DNA of 64,000 nucleotides from Waddliaceae bacterium (GCA_963783885.1 CAWAPJ010000008.1:96001-160000); one strand, 5' to 3'. Positions 28,746 to 39,469 are shown, numbered from the stretch's first letter. Translations and numbers: made by a program. The notes: generated by a model from the sequence alone, not told the origin.

Positions 28746-29229
28746 AGAATCCCGTCTGCCGCCTCATGAATGGGCGGCAGTCATCCTCATTCTCGCCTCT
28801 CTTGTTTCTTTAGCCGCATTTGCCGCAATGAAAAGCCCGCCTTTGCAGGCTCCCGAGCTGCAGAATGTTATAACCGTCAAAGTTCGGGGTGATGTTGAAA
28901 ATCCCGGATACTGCACGATTCCTAAAGGAGCTCTCCTTAAAGCTATATATCCCTTAGTCAAACCAAAATATGAAACCGAGGCTGTTGGCCTTCATTCTGA
29001 CTCAAAACTCTACGACGGACAAAACATTAAATTCAAAAGTTTACTTGTCAATGTAACAGTGAAAGGGGCGGTTCGCAGGACGGCAAGCCTGAAGCTGAAG
29101 AAAGGAGCGGTTCTTGCCGAATATCTGGATTGCCTTGAGCTTGAGCCTGATGCCGATGTGGAAAAAGTGAAGAATCGCCTGATACGGAGACAAAATCAGA
29201 CAATTACCATACCCCGTAAGAAGGTTTAA
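28729..29229 (+). CDS. SLBB-domain protein
   Basis: N-terminal TM and two V.V.G.V..PG-type repeats (VKVRGDVENPG; VTVKGAVRR). Confidence 0.65.
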   Translation: MLPEHKESRLPPHEWAAVILILASLVSLAAFAAMKSPPLQAPELQNVITVKVRGDVENPGYCTIPKGALLKAIYPLVKPKYETEAVGLHSDSKLYDGQNIKFKSLLVNVTVKGAVRRTASLKLKKGAVLAEYLDCLELEPDADVEKVKNRLIRRQNQTITIPRKKV

Positions 29230-29633
29230 CCCGGATTTTGATCACTATTTGGCAAATCTATACAGATTGTTTGGCGATCCTGTCATAAACTGCTCCTTGC
29301 CAACACGTAAAACATATTGGATTCGTCGCAATTTTGGCAATATCATCCAAAAATTCTGCATATCTTACCCCAAATAGTGTGCGAAATTCGGGCTTAGGTG
29401 ATTTTTTTTTATTCCTTCTATTGCGCATAAATCCGTCCTTTGCTATTCTAAAACCTTTCAAATTCATTAAGTCCGCTGTGCATTGCGAAATGCGCTAGCT
29501 GCCTAAAGATTTAGCAAAATCCGGGAGGTGTCTAGTTAAGCGGTACGGCGAGTTTTGGATGTTTACTAATAGATATGCGAGGAAGTTTCTCCCTGATAGT
29601 GCGGAGAACCCTAACTGATGAAGGAACTAGTGT

Positions 29634-30299
29634 ATGGGACGTAAACTGATGGGTAAAAAGCGCGGTATGATGCAGATGTTCGATGACAGCGGAAATGTTG
29701 TTATCTGCACCGTCATAGAAGCCGAGCCGAATGTCGTGACGCAGATTAAAACAGTCGAACGCGACGGCTACGATGCGATTCAGCTGGGCTTTGAGGAAAT
29801 TAAAGTGAAAGATCCTCGAACAATGGATAAGCGTGTTAAGAAGCCTCAGCTTGGACATTTTAAGAAAGCGGGACTCGCTCCCAGACGATATCTGACAGAG
29901 TGTCGGATTGACAATACGGGCGAGTATGAGGTTGGTCAGGAAATTGGCGTCGGCATGTTTGCCGATGTGCCTTTTGTCGACGCGACGGCAACATCGATCG
30001 GAAAAGGGTTTCAAGGATTGATGAAAAAATATAATTTCCGCGGATACCCAGCAACCCACGGTACCGGTCCGGTTCACAGGCACGGCGGTTCTACAGGAAT
30101 GAGAAGTACGCCGGGGCGTTGCTTGCCGGGCGGAAAAAGAGCAAGTCAGATGGGTGGAAAACGAACAACTGCTCAGGGGCTTGAGGTTGTTATGGTGAAT
30201 GTTGAAGATAACCTGATCATTGTCAAAGGTTCGGTTCCTGGCCCAAAAAATGGCCTGGTCACCCTTCAGGAAGCAACAAAAAAAATGGCTATGAAATAA
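29634..30299 (+). CDS. rplC: 50S ribosomal protein L3
   Basis: GKKRGM, DGYDAIQLG, GKGFQG and KGSVPG. Confidence 0.97.
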   Translation: MGRKLMGKKRGMMQMFDDSGNVVICTVIEAEPNVVTQIKTVERDGYDAIQLGFEEIKVKDPRTMDKRVKKPQLGHFKKAGLAPRRYLTECRIDNTGEYEVGQEIGVGMFADVPFVDATATSIGKGFQGLMKKYNFRGYPATHGTGPVHRHGGSTGMRSTPGRCLPGGKRASQMGGKRTTAQGLEVVMVNVEDNLIIVKGSVPGPKNGLVTLQEATKKMAMK

Positions 30300-30312
30300 T
30301 CGGGAGTAAGCA

Positions 30313-30996
30313 GTGGCAAAGCTAAAAAAATACAATCTTTCCGGGAAGGAAATTGGTGCGGTAGAAGTCGACGATCGCTTGGCCAAGGCTGAAGCCAACA
30401 GCCAGTCGATAAAAGATTATATAATTGCGATAAGAGCCAACGCAAGACAGTGGTCGGCAAATACGAAGAATCGGTCGGAAGTGAAACACACTACCAAAAA
30501 GCCAAGGCCTCAAAAAGGGACCGGCCGCGCTCGGCAGGGTTCTCTTGTAACTCCTCAATATCGAGGAGGGGGAATCGTGTTTGGCCCCAAACCGAAATTT
30601 GATCAGCATGTACGGATAAATAAAAAAGAAAGGCGGGCAGCGATACGTTATCTGCTTGGCGAGAAAATTCGTCAGCAGCGTCTGTTTGTCATTGACGCTT
30701 TAAACATGGAGCAGCCAAAGACAAAAGCGATCGTTCAGTTCATGACGGCGCTTGGAAAGAAGGAAAGGGCTCTGTTTTTGGGCGAAGTCAACGAGCGGGA
30801 AGTCGAAGTGGAAGGCGAGAAATCGAAAGTATCGATTCATGACGAAGGTCATAGAAACTTTGCGAAAAGCGTCAAAAATCTTCCAAAGGCTGAATTTAAA
30901 CTAGCGAAAAATATTAGTGGCTATGATCTCATGCTTGCCGGTGATTTGTTTATCACCGAAGCAGCATTGCAGCAAGTAGCGGAATGGTTATTGTAA
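30313..30996 (+). CDS. rplD: 50S ribosomal protein L4
   Basis: QKGTGRARQGS...GGGIVFGPKP. Confidence 0.97.
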   Translation: MAKLKKYNLSGKEIGAVEVDDRLAKAEANSQSIKDYIIAIRANARQWSANTKNRSEVKHTTKKPRPQKGTGRARQGSLVTPQYRGGGIVFGPKPKFDQHVRINKKERRAAIRYLLGEKIRQQRLFVIDALNMEQPKTKAIVQFMTALGKKERALFLGEVNEREVEVEGEKSKVSIHDEGHRNFAKSVKNLPKAEFKLAKNISGYDLMLAGDLFITEAALQQVAEWLL

Positions 30997-31008
30997 GAAG
31001 GTTAGCAT

Positions 31009-31353
31009 ATGAAAAAACGTAATCCAAGGCAAGTTGTCAAGCATAGGCATGTGACTGAGAAGTCGACAATTTTGGAAAGCTTGAAAAATGCCGACAGTAA
31101 CCCATGTATCTCACGTTGCGATAAGCCGAAATATGTGTTCATTGTTGACAGGCTTGCCAACAAGAAAGAGATCGCTCAGGCAGTTGAAGAAATTTATAAA
31201 GATAAAAATGTAAAGGTCACGTCGGTCAATACAATCAATGTGAAACCTAAATCAACCAGACTTCTCCGTACACGCAGGGGAATTGGGAAAAAAAACGGCT
31301 TTAAGAAAGCGATTGTCACCTTAGAGCCTAAAGATACATTGGAAAATGTTTAA
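31009..31353 (+). CDS. rplW: 50S ribosomal protein L23
   Basis: VTEKS, ANKKEI and KKAIVTL. Confidence 0.95.
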   Translation: MKKRNPRQVVKHRHVTEKSTILESLKNADSNPCISRCDKPKYVFIVDRLANKKEIAQAVEEIYKDKNVKVTSVNTINVKPKSTRLLRTRRGIGKKNGFKKAIVTLEPKDTLENV

Positions 31354-31371
31354 TGGAGCTTAGGTAATCAA

Positions 31372-32216
31372 ATGTTAAAGAAATTTCGACCAAGAACTCC
31401 TGGGACTCGGCGGCTGATTCTGCCCGCTAATGAAAAGTTGACAAGAGTTAACGAGAAACTTCGTAAAAAAGTGAAGCCGACCAAAAGCTTGCTGCTCAAG
31501 AAAACGCGGACAAACGGCCGCAACAATAAAGGGCACATCACCTGTCGTCATCGCGGCGGAGGCCATAAACGGCAGTATAGAATTGTGGATTTTAAAAGAG
31601 ATAAAATAGATATCCCGGCTCGAGTAGCGTCTATCGAATATGATCCCAATAGATCCGCCTACATTGCCCTTCTAAATTACAGAGATGGCGAAAAGCGATA
31701 TATTTTGGCCCCTCAAGGCTTGAAAGAGGGCGACACGGTGCAAAGCGGCGACAAAGTTCCTTTTAATATAGGGTGCTGCATGATGCTGAAACAGATGCCG
31801 CTTGGCTCGGTTATCCACAACATAGAAATCAGGCCCGGGCAGGGTGGAAAGCTTGTCAGATCCGCCGGACTCTTTTCACAGCTTGTCGCCCGAAGCGACG
31901 GAATGGCGACGATCAAGATGCCGTCCGGAGAGATCAGAACAGTGAACGAGAATTGTCGAGCGACATTCGGCGCAGTATCAAATCCCGAGCACAGTCTTCG
32001 CGTTGAAGGCAAAGCGGGCAGAATGCGTTGGAAAGGAATCAGGCCGACGGTACGAGGCGTCGTTATGAACCCTGTTGACCACCCTCATGGCGGCGGTGAA
32101 GGGAAGAGCAAGGGGAATATACCCAGACTCCATGGGCGACATATGTCGGCGTGAAAACACGCTCTAAGAAGAAATCAACCAAGCATATTGTAAAATCACG
32201 GAAGAAGAAGAAATAA
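31372..32216 (+). CDS. rplB: 50S ribosomal protein L2, with an apparent 1-bp deletion near 32122
   Basis: [15 protein letters not shown] and [13 protein letters not shown]. The conserved tail (QTPW...KTR...) is in the -1 frame and ends at TAA 32216. Confidence 0.95.
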
Positions 32217-32218
32217 TT

Positions 32219-32479
32219 ATGGCTAGGTCATTAAAAAAAGGTCCATTTGTCGATCATCATCTGATGAGAAAAGTGATGAAAGCTAAAGAAACCAAATCAA
32301 GCGAGCCCATCAAGACCTGGTCTCGCAGATCAATGATTATTCCGGAGTTTGTCGGTTTGACATTTGAAGTTCATAATGGACGGAAATTTTTAACAGTTTT
32401 TATTTCGGAAAACATGGTAGGTCATCGTTTGGGGGAATTTTCTCCCACTCGAACATTTAAAGGCCACCCTAAAAAATAA
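32219..32479 (+). CDS. rpsS: 30S ribosomal protein S19
   Basis: [19 protein letters not shown] and [11 protein letters not shown]. Confidence 0.97.
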   Translation: MARSLKKGPFVDHHLMRKVMKAKETKSSEPIKTWSRRSMIIPEFVGLTFEVHNGRKFLTVFISENMVGHRLGEFSPTRTFKGHPKK

Positions 32480-32492
32480 AGGTTCGTAAAAC

Positions 32493-32819
32493 ATGGCTCG
32501 AGCAACGACAAAGTATGTAAGGATTAGCCCGCGGAAGGCTCGCCCGGTTGCTGATTTGATAAGGGGACTCAGTGTTGAAGACGCTGGTTTGCAGCTGCGT
32601 TACAGCAACACTAAAGCAGGCTCGCTGCTTAAAAAAACGCTGGACAGCGCTGTTGCCAACGCGGAAAATAATGAAGATATGAATCGAGACGACCTGAAGG
32701 TGCTCGAAGTCATGGTCGATGAAGGCCCGGTAATGAAGAGGGCCAGGCCAAAGAATAAGGGTGGGAGCCACCAAATTTTAAAGCGTATGTCCCACTTTAC
32801 AATTGTTGTGGGAGAATAA
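32493..32819 (+). CDS. rplV: 50S ribosomal protein L22
   Basis: RISPRKAR, SAVANA and VDEGP. Confidence 0.96.
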   Translation: MARATTKYVRISPRKARPVADLIRGLSVEDAGLQLRYSNTKAGSLLKKTLDSAVANAENNEDMNRDDLKVLEVMVDEGPVMKRARPKNKGGSHQILKRMSHFTIVVGE

Positions 32820-32828
32820 GGAGACGAA

Positions 32829-33476
32829 ATGGGTCAAAAAACACATCCAAAAGGTTTTCGGTTAAAACTCAAGAAAGACTGGAATTCGAGGTGGTTTGCC
32901 AACAAGCAGGAATTCGGCCATCATTTGGAGGAAGATTATAAGATACGTAAATATCTCATGTCTTTGCCGGTTTGCAGCGGAACATCAAAAATTATTATCC
33001 GCAGAATGAGTGAAAAAATCGAAGTCGTTATCTGCACTTCACGACCTGGGCTTGTAATTGGAAAAAAGGGATCTGAAATCGAGTCTCTGAAAACAAAATT
33101 GTCAAAAATGACCGGCAAAGAGGTTTTTGTCGAAGTAGAAGAAATCAAAAGACCTGATTTGGAAGCGAAAATTGTGGGTGAAGTCATTGCCGGAAAATTG
33201 AAAAAGCGCGTGTCCTTCCGCAAAGCGATGAAGTCGGCATTGCAATCGGCGATGGATGCAGGTGCTCAGGGAATCAAAGTTCAAGTTTCCGGACGTCTTG
33301 GCGGTGCTGAAATTGCCCGAACTGAATGGTATAAAGAAGGCAGCATCCCATTGCACACGCTGAGAGCCGACATAGATTATGCAACAAGCCGCGCGGAAAC
33401 CACATACGGCACCATAGGAGTCAAAGTGTGGATCTATCGCGGTGAAATGAAATTACATAAGAGAGAGGCGGTGTAG
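32829..33476 (+). CDS. rpsC: 30S ribosomal protein S3
   Basis: MGQKTHP, SGRLGGAEIAR and PLHTLRADIDY. Confidence 0.97.
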   Translation: MGQKTHPKGFRLKLKKDWNSRWFANKQEFGHHLEEDYKIRKYLMSLPVCSGTSKIIIRRMSEKIEVVICTSRPGLVIGKKGSEIESLKTKLSKMTGKEVFVEVEEIKRPDLEAKIVGEVIAGKLKKRVSFRKAMKSALQSAMDAGAQGIKVQVSGRLGGAEIARTEWYKEGSIPLHTLRADIDYATSRAETTYGTIGVKVWIYRGEMKLHKREAV

Positions 33477-33479
33477 ATC

Positions 33480-33899
33480 ATGCCTTTGATGCCAAAAAGA
33501 ACAAAATATCGAAAACAGCAAAAAGGACAGCATAAAGGCCTTGCTCAATCGTCGAATGTCGTCAATTTTGGCGAGTTTGGGATTCAAGTATTAGACCGTG
33601 GCTGGATAACCGATAAGCAAATTGAAGCAGCTCGTGTGGCGATTAACCGTTATTTGCAACGGCGAGGAAAAGTTTGGATTCGGATCTTTCCTGACAAGCC
33701 CGTAACAAAAAAACCCGCTGAAGTGCGGATGGGTAAAGGGAAGGGCGGAGTCAGCCATTGGGTTGCTGTCGTAAGGCCGGGAAATATCATGTTTGAAGTT
33801 GGCGATGTCTCGGAAGAGATGGCCAAGGATGCGCTTAGGCGTGCTGCCGCCAAATTGCCGCTAAGAACGCGATTTGTTGAACGTGTTGAAGAAGTATAG
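33480..33899 (+). CDS. rplP: 50S ribosomal protein L16
   Basis: [17 protein letters not shown] and RMGKGKG. Confidence 0.97.
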   Translation: MPLMPKRTKYRKQQKGQHKGLAQSSNVVNFGEFGIQVLDRGWITDKQIEAARVAINRYLQRRGKVWIRIFPDKPVTKKPAEVRMGKGKGGVSHWVAVVRPGNIMFEVGDVSEEMAKDALRRAAAKLPLRTRFVERVEEV

Positions 33900-33907
33900 A
33901 GGTTAAC

Positions 33908-34102
33908 ATGTTGAAAGCTAAGGAATTAAGAGATCAAACAGTTGAAGAGCTCGAGTTGATGTATCACGATACTATGCACGAACTTTACGAACTTGTTTAC
34001 CAGGCCAAAATGGAAAAGCCCGAAAAACCGCATTTAATGAGGCATAAGAGAAAGTTGATTGCCAGGTTGCTTACGGTATTAAAAGAGAAGCAAGCAGGTT
34101 AA
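33908..34102 (+). CDS. rpmC: 50S ribosomal protein L29
   Basis: KAKELR and IARLLTV; position in the operon. Confidence 0.93.
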   Translation: MLKAKELRDQTVEELELMYHDTMHELYELVYQAKMEKPEKPHLMRHKRKLIARLLTVLKEKQAG

Positions 34103-34115
34103 AGTTGAGGAAGGA

Positions 34116-34358
34116 ATGAAGCAGTCAAAAAGAAATCAAAGAAAAATAAAGCAAGGTGTAGTCGTATCCAACAAGATGGAGAATACAGTGCGCGTAGAGG
34201 TCAGCCGAACCATTAAACACAAGCGTTACGGCAAAACTTTTAAGCAAAAAACGGTTTGTTATGCGCATACTGAAAATCCGCTTGAAATAGGAGATAAAGT
34301 CACCATTATGGAAACTAAACCCATCTCCAAGTTGAAACGTTGGAGAGTGGTAGCTTAA
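34116..34358 (+). CDS. rpsQ: 30S ribosomal protein S17
   Basis: GVVVSNKM and ETKPISKLKRW. Confidence 0.95.
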   Translation: MKQSKRNQRKIKQGVVVSNKMENTVRVEVSRTIKHKRYGKTFKQKTVCYAHTENPLEIGDKVTIMETKPISKLKRWRVVA

Positions 34359-34378
34359 GCAAATATTGGTAAGGAATT

Positions 34379-34747
34379 ATGATTCAACAAGAAACAGAAC
34401 TAGAAGTAGCTGATAATACTGGTGCGAAAAAAGTTAAGTGTATTAAGGTATTAGGCGACTCGAAAAGACGGTATGCGTCTGTGGGCGATATCATCGTTTG
34501 TTCCGTAAAGGAAGCTGCTCCGGGCGGAAATATAACTAAAGGTAAAGTCGTTAGGGCGGTCATTGTGAGAACGCGCAATACCATCAATAGAAAAGATGGG
34601 TCAAGGCTTAGTTTTGATACAAACAGCTGCGTATTGATTAACGAAAAAGGCGAGCCCATAGGAACGAGGATTTTTGGTCCCATTGCGCGCGAACTGAGAG
34701 AAAAGAAATATTTGAAAATTATTTCTCTGGCCCCAGAGGTGATATAA
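34379..34747 (+). CDS. rplN: 50S ribosomal protein L14
   Basis: [21 protein letters not shown] and SLAPEV. Confidence 0.97.
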   Translation: MIQQETELEVADNTGAKKVKCIKVLGDSKRRYASVGDIIVCSVKEAAPGGNITKGKVVRAVIVRTRNTINRKDGSRLSFDTNSCVLINEKGEPIGTRIFGPIARELREKKYLKIISLAPEVI

Positions 34748-34760
34748 AATAGAGGAAAGC

Positions 34761-35111
34761 ATGTCAAAGCGAACAAATAAGATTAGAAAGGGTGATAAAG
34801 TTGTTGTCATTGCCGGTAATAACCAAGGACAGACTGGCACTGTTCTTAGATGCATGGATAACGATCGCGTGCTTGTGCAAGGAGTCAATGTGCGGAAAAA
34901 GCATATGAAGCCGACGCAGGAAAGCCCTCAAGGCAGCATCATCGACATTGAGAAGCCGATACACGTCTCTAATGTGCAGATTTGCGATGATGCGGATAAG
35001 CCGGTGAAGCTAAAAGTGAAATATGACGATAAAGGAGACAAAGCTTTTTTTTACGTTAAAGACGGCAAAGAAGTTGTCTACAGATCGGTTAAAAAACACA
35101 CATCTGCGTAA
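34761..35111 (+). CDS. rplX: 50S ribosomal protein L24
   Basis: KIRKGDKVVVIAG and EKPIHVSNV. Confidence 0.96.
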   Translation: MSKRTNKIRKGDKVVVIAGNNQGQTGTVLRCMDNDRVLVQGVNVRKKHMKPTQESPQGSIIDIEKPIHVSNVQICDDADKPVKLKVKYDDKGDKAFFYVKDGKEVVYRSVKKHTSA

Positions 35112-35196
35112 TCAGTAAAGATTGCGTAATAAATGAATCGTAGGCCCTAAGGCCTGAAAAAATAAAACCCGGGTTTTTAAGCCTTAGGTGGACAGT

Positions 35197-35754
35197 ATGG
35201 CAAGATTAAAAGAAAGATACAAAAATCAAGTGAAAACTGAGCTTCAAAAAAAGTTCGGTTATAAAAATGTTATGAAAATTCCCCGGGTCCGAAAAATTGT
35301 GATCAATATGGGGATAGCAGAAATTGCCAGAGATAAGAACTCTCTGCAAGACGCTTTGAATGAACTTGCACTTATAGCCGGTCAAAGACCGATAACGACA
35401 CGTGCAAAAAAGTCAATTTCAAATTTTAAGCTTCGTCAGGGAATGCCTATCGGAGCTAAAGTGACCCTTCGCGGGGAGCGCATGTATGAATTTATGGACA
35501 GATTTTTTAATATCATATGTCCCAGAATTCGAGATTTTAGAGGTTTTAAGTCAGGAACCGACCGGAGTGGAAATTGCACATTAGGACTTGACGACCATAC
35601 GGTTTTCCCTGAGCTAAACCTCGATAAAGTTAAGCAGACAAAAGGGATGAATATCACTTTTGTTACCGACGCAGAAAGCGATGAGGAAAGCATCGAACTA
35701 CTGCGACAATTAGGGATGCCCTTTAAAGATTTTGAAATAGTTTTAGCAAGTTAG
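35197..35754 (+). CDS. rplE: 50S ribosomal protein L5
   Basis: KIVINMG, AKKSISNFKLR and PRIRDFRG; ATG 35197. Confidence 0.97.
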   Translation: MARLKERYKNQVKTELQKKFGYKNVMKIPRVRKIVINMGIAEIARDKNSLQDALNELALIAGQRPITTRAKKSISNFKLRQGMPIGAKVTLRGERMYEFMDRFFNIICPRIRDFRGFKSGTDRSGNCTLGLDDHTVFPELNLDKVKQTKGMNITFVTDAESDEESIELLRQLGMPFKDFEIVLAS

Positions 35755-35764
35755 GAGAAAATAA

Positions 35765-36163
35765 ATGGCTGTATCCGATCCGGTAGCAGATTTTTTGACA
35801 AGGATTCGTAATGCGCTGAAAGCCGAACACCGCTTTGTCGATATACCCTGGAGTAAATTGAAGCAGAATATTGCCGAGATCCTTAAAGAAAAAGGTTTTC
35901 TGGAAAATTTTATTGTGAAGCACGAAAAACGGGGTGGAGTGATGAGAGTTTTCCTAAGATATGGCAAAAATCGCCAGCCGATTATCCGAGGATTAAAAAG
36001 ACTGTCAAAACCTGGCTTGCGTCGCTTTGTCGGCAGTAAGGATATTCCCTATTTTTATGGAGGCTTGGGCGTTCCGATTTTATCCACCTCGAATGGAGTT
36101 ATGTCGGGATCCGAAGCTCAGGAAAAAAATGTAGGCGGCGAGCTTTTGTGCTTGGTTTGGTAG
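35765..36163 (+). CDS. rpsH: 30S ribosomal protein S8
   Basis: DPVADFLTRIRNA, SKPGLR and GGELLCLVW. Confidence 0.97.
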   Translation: MAVSDPVADFLTRIRNALKAEHRFVDIPWSKLKQNIAEILKEKGFLENFIVKHEKRGGVMRVFLRYGKNRQPIIRGLKRLSKPGLRRFVGSKDIPYFYGGLGVPILSTSNGVMSGSEAQEKNVGGELLCLVW

Positions 36164-36181
36164 CGATAAGGAGTTAATGAC

Positions 36182-36724
36182 ATGTCACGTAAAGGTAAAG
36201 TCCCCATTCCACTCCCAAAAGGGGTTGAAGTGAAGCAAGATGGGATTAATTTAACAGTCAAGGGTCCGAAGGGATCTCTTGAACTTAAAGTTATGCCTAT
36301 CATTGGGGTAAAAGTAGAAGAAGATAAGATTGTAGTTTCACTCAAGAAAGACAATCCCGACCACAATAAATGGCTGGGGCTGTTTAGGTCCCTCATCGCA
36401 AACATGGTGATCGGGACTACGCAGGGCTTTCAAAAGAATCTCGCAATGGTCGGGGTGGGCTACCGAGCCAATGTTCAAGGCAATAGCCTGAATCTTCAGG
36501 TGGGATACTCTCATCCGACAATGGCTGAAATCCCCGAAGGAATCGACGTGAAAGTCGAAAAAAATACTAAGATCATTATCTCTGGTATAGATAAGCAAAA
36601 AGTAGGACAATTTGCCGCGGATGTACGCAGCGTCAGGCCGCCTGAACCTTTTCAGGGCAAGGGAATTCGTTACGAAGACGAGCATGTCAGACGTAAAGCG
36701 GGTAAAGCAGCGGCTAAGGGGTAA
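36182..36724 (+). CDS. rplF: 50S ribosomal protein L6
   Basis: VKGPKG, GVGYRA and RPPEPFQGKGIRY. Confidence 0.97.
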   Translation: MSRKGKVPIPLPKGVEVKQDGINLTVKGPKGSLELKVMPIIGVKVEEDKIVVSLKKDNPDHNKWLGLFRSLIANMVIGTTQGFQKNLAMVGVGYRANVQGNSLNLQVGYSHPTMAEIPEGIDVKVEKNTKIIISGIDKQKVGQFAADVRSVRPPEPFQGKGIRYEDEHVRRKAGKAAAKG

Positions 36725-36730
36725 TTTGTT

Positions 36731-37099
36731 ATGCATAACGAAATAAAAATCAATCGGAAGAGAAAGCACAAGCGTGCTTTGCGGGTTCGCAAAAAAGTAA
36801 GAGGCAGCTCAAGCAAGCCCCGTCTTAGCGTTGTGAAATCGAATAAGCATCTCTATGCGCAATTAATTGACGACATTAACGGCAAAACTTTGGGATCAGT
36901 ATCAACGCTTTCCAAAGAAGTTAAAAATACAGATGCCAAAAAAAATAAAGAGACAGCGAAAAAACTGGGCGAGTTGATTGCTGCTATAGCTAAAGACAAG
37001 AATATAAATGAAGTTGTATTTGATCGCGGGCCATTTAAGTATCATGGCATACTTGCTGAATTGGCAAACGCAGCTCGTGAAAATGGCTTGGCATTTTAA
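36731..37099 (+). CDS. rplR: 50S ribosomal protein L18
   Basis: PRLSV..SNKHLYAQLIDD and VVFDRG. Confidence 0.96.
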   Translation: MHNEIKINRKRKHKRALRVRKKVRGSSSKPRLSVVKSNKHLYAQLIDDINGKTLGSVSTLSKEVKNTDAKKNKETAKKLGELIAAIAKDKNINEVVFDRGPFKYHGILAELANAARENGLAF

Positions 37100-37113
37100 G
37101 GTAGGTTTAATAA

Positions 37114-37584
37114 ATGGCTAGACAATCCGACAAAGAGTTACAAGAAAAGGTTTTGTTCATAAACCGGTGTTCGAAAGTAGTCAAGGGTGGAAGGAAATTT
37201 AGTTTCTCCGCTTTGATACTGGTGGGCGACGGGAATGGTAAAATCGGCTACGGCTTTGCTAAAGCCAATGAGCTGACCGATGCGATACGTAAAGGCGGCG
37301 AGAGCGCGCGGAACAATCTAAAGGAAATTTGCATGGAAGGGACAACAATTCCTCATGAAACTAAAGTGAAATGGGATGGAGTTGAAGTGCTGTTAAAGCC
37401 AACCCCTGAAGGTGCAGGAGTTATTGCGGGATCCCTCGTAAGAGCCGTTTTGGAAATGGCAGGCATTAAGGACGTTATGGCCAAGAATTTGGGCGGTAAC
37501 AATCCAATCAATCAAGTAAAAGCAACATTTAAAGCTTTGCTTTCCTTGCGACCACGCGAGGAAATTAGGCAGCAGAGGAAATAG
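37114..37584 (+). CDS. rpsE: 30S ribosomal protein S5
   Basis: KVVKGGRKFSFSAL and GVIAG. Confidence 0.97.
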   Translation: MARQSDKELQEKVLFINRCSKVVKGGRKFSFSALILVGDGNGKIGYGFAKANELTDAIRKGGESARNNLKEICMEGTTIPHETKVKWDGVEVLLKPTPEGAGVIAGSLVRAVLEMAGIKDVMAKNLGGNNPINQVKATFKALLSLRPREEIRQQRK

Positions 37585-37586
37585 TT

Positions 37587-38039
37587 ATGAGTAATCTTTC
37601 TAACTTAAAAAACACGCACCGCCCCAAAAAGAAACGGAAAACTGTTGGACGCGGCAACGGTTCCGGGCTGGGAAAGACCAGCGGCCGCGGGTTTAAAGGC
37701 GCCGGCTCGCGCTCCGGTTATAAACGCCGCTTGGGTTATGAAGGGGGCCAGTTTAGGCTTTTCATGAAATTGCCTCACCGCGGATTCAGCAATGCGGCAT
37801 TTCGAAATGAATTCGAGAGCGTCAATCTTTATGAAGTCGAAAATGTGTTTAATGACGGAGAAGCCGTCAATCTGAATACACTTAAAGACAAAGGTTTGAT
37901 TAGCCGAAAATGCAAGCAAGTTAAAATCTTGGGTGTAGGGGAATTGACAAAGAAGGTCTCTTTTGAAGTTCAGGCAGTATCCTCCGGAGCCAGGGAAAAA
38001 TTGCAAAAAGCAAATATTTCATTTACACTTGATTCTTAA
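37587..38039 (+). CDS. rplO: 50S ribosomal protein L15
   Basis: GRGNGSGLGKTSGRG and YEGGQ. Confidence 0.96.
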   Translation: MSNLSNLKNTHRPKKKRKTVGRGNGSGLGKTSGRGFKGAGSRSGYKRRLGYEGGQFRLFMKLPHRGFSNAAFRNEFESVNLYEVENVFNDGEAVNLNTLKDKGLISRKCKQVKILGVGELTKKVSFEVQAVSSGAREKLQKANISFTLDS

Positions 38040-38098
38040 ATCAGGTATTTTGTAGGTCCAAAACTTAAAAACAATCGAGGCCATGCAAGCAGGTATTT

Positions 38099-39469
38099 AT
38101 GATAGGTGAGATAAAGCGAGTCTTCCAACTTCCTGAACTAAAGTCAAAAATAATGTTTACACTACTGATGTTGGTTGTCTGCCGCATTGGAGTCTATGTA
38201 CCTGTTCCCGGGATTAACGGCGAAGTTGCTTTGGCCTATTTTCAAAGCTCAATGGGCGCCGGTCAAAGCCTCTTTCAGATGGTGAACATATTTTCTGGAG
38301 GAGCTTTTGCGAAAATGACAGTCTTCGCATTGACTGTCCTGCCTTATATATCCGCTTCCATCATGCTGCAGCTCTTTGTCGCTCTTCTTCCCGGCCTTCA
38401 AAGGGAGATGCGTGAGAATCCGGAGCTTGGCAAGCGAAAAATCAATAAATATACCCGTTATCTAACTGTTTTTCTCGCGTTGATGCAATCTTCCATATAT
38501 GCCCGTTTTGCCCTTCAGATGAATGCCAATACACCGGGGATTGTCGAACCTGAGCTCCTCTACATGACCATTTTTGGTGTTCCCTGGGTTTTTTATCTCG
38601 TAATATCGGCCACAATGACAGCCGGTGTCTTGCTATTGATGTGGATAGGAGAACAGATTACGGAAAAAGGGATCGGCAATGGGATCAGCCTCATCATTGC
38701 TCTCGGCATCTTGTCGCAGCTGCCCAGCGCTATGGGACTGATTTTCCAACAATTGAATCTTGATTCTCAAGAGCCTGGTCAAATGTCATGGGCGATTGTT
38801 GCCTTGCTGCTCGCGGTCTTTGTGATCGTGATCATTGCTACGATTCAAGTAATACAGGGCCATAGAAGAATACCTATACAGCATGCCAGACGGATTGTCG
38901 GCAGAAAAGAGATTCAGGGAGGGGCCTCCTATCTTCCCTTAAAGGTCAATTACGCCGGGGTGATTCCTGTTATCTTTGCCTCCTCGGTTCTTATGTTTCC
39001 TGCAACTATTATGAAATTTCTCTCTCCAGAATCATGGCTTGGAAGATTTGCCAACTATTTAACAATGGGGACCATGTCGTATCTCATTATATTCTGCTTT
39101 CTGATCATATTTTTTACATACTTCTGGACCGCCACTCAATTCAGGCCCGATCAAATCGCTTCAGATATGAAGAAAAATGGAGCTTTCATACCCGGTGTCA
39201 GACAAGGACGCCCAACTCAAGAATTTTTAGAATCCACAATGAACCGCATAACGTTAATCGGAGCCGTATTTCTTGCCTTAATCGCCGTTTTGCCAAATAT
39301 TATCGGGAGGCTTCTCAGCATCCCTCAAACAATCAGCTACTTTTTTGGCGGAACTGCCCTTTTGATTCTAGTTGGAGTCGTATTGGATACCATGAAGCAA
39401 ATCGAGTCCCATCTGCTTATGAAACGATATGACGGATTTATGAAGAAGGGAAGGATAAGAGGCAGGTAG
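38099..39469 (+). CDS. secY: Preprotein translocase subunit SecY
   Basis: [33 protein letters not shown] and FGGTALLI. Confidence 0.97.
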   Translation: MIGEIKRVFQLPELKSKIMFTLLMLVVCRIGVYVPVPGINGEVALAYFQSSMGAGQSLFQMVNIFSGGAFAKMTVFALTVLPYISASIMLQLFVALLPGLQREMRENPELGKRKINKYTRYLTVFLALMQSSIYARFALQMNANTPGIVEPELLYMTIFGVPWVFYLVISATMTAGVLLLMWIGEQITEKGIGNGISLIIALGILSQLPSAMGLIFQQLNLDSQEPGQMSWAIVALLLAVFVIVIIATIQVIQGHRRIPIQHARRIVGRKEIQGGASYLPLKVNYAGVIPVIFASSVLMFPATIMKFLSPESWLGRFANYLTMGTMSYLIIFCFLIIFFTYFWTATQFRPDQIASDMKKNGAFIPGVRQGRPTQEFLESTMNRITLIGAVFLALIAVLPNIIGRLLSIPQTISYFFGGTALLILVGVVLDTMKQIESHLLMKRYDGFMKKGRIRGR

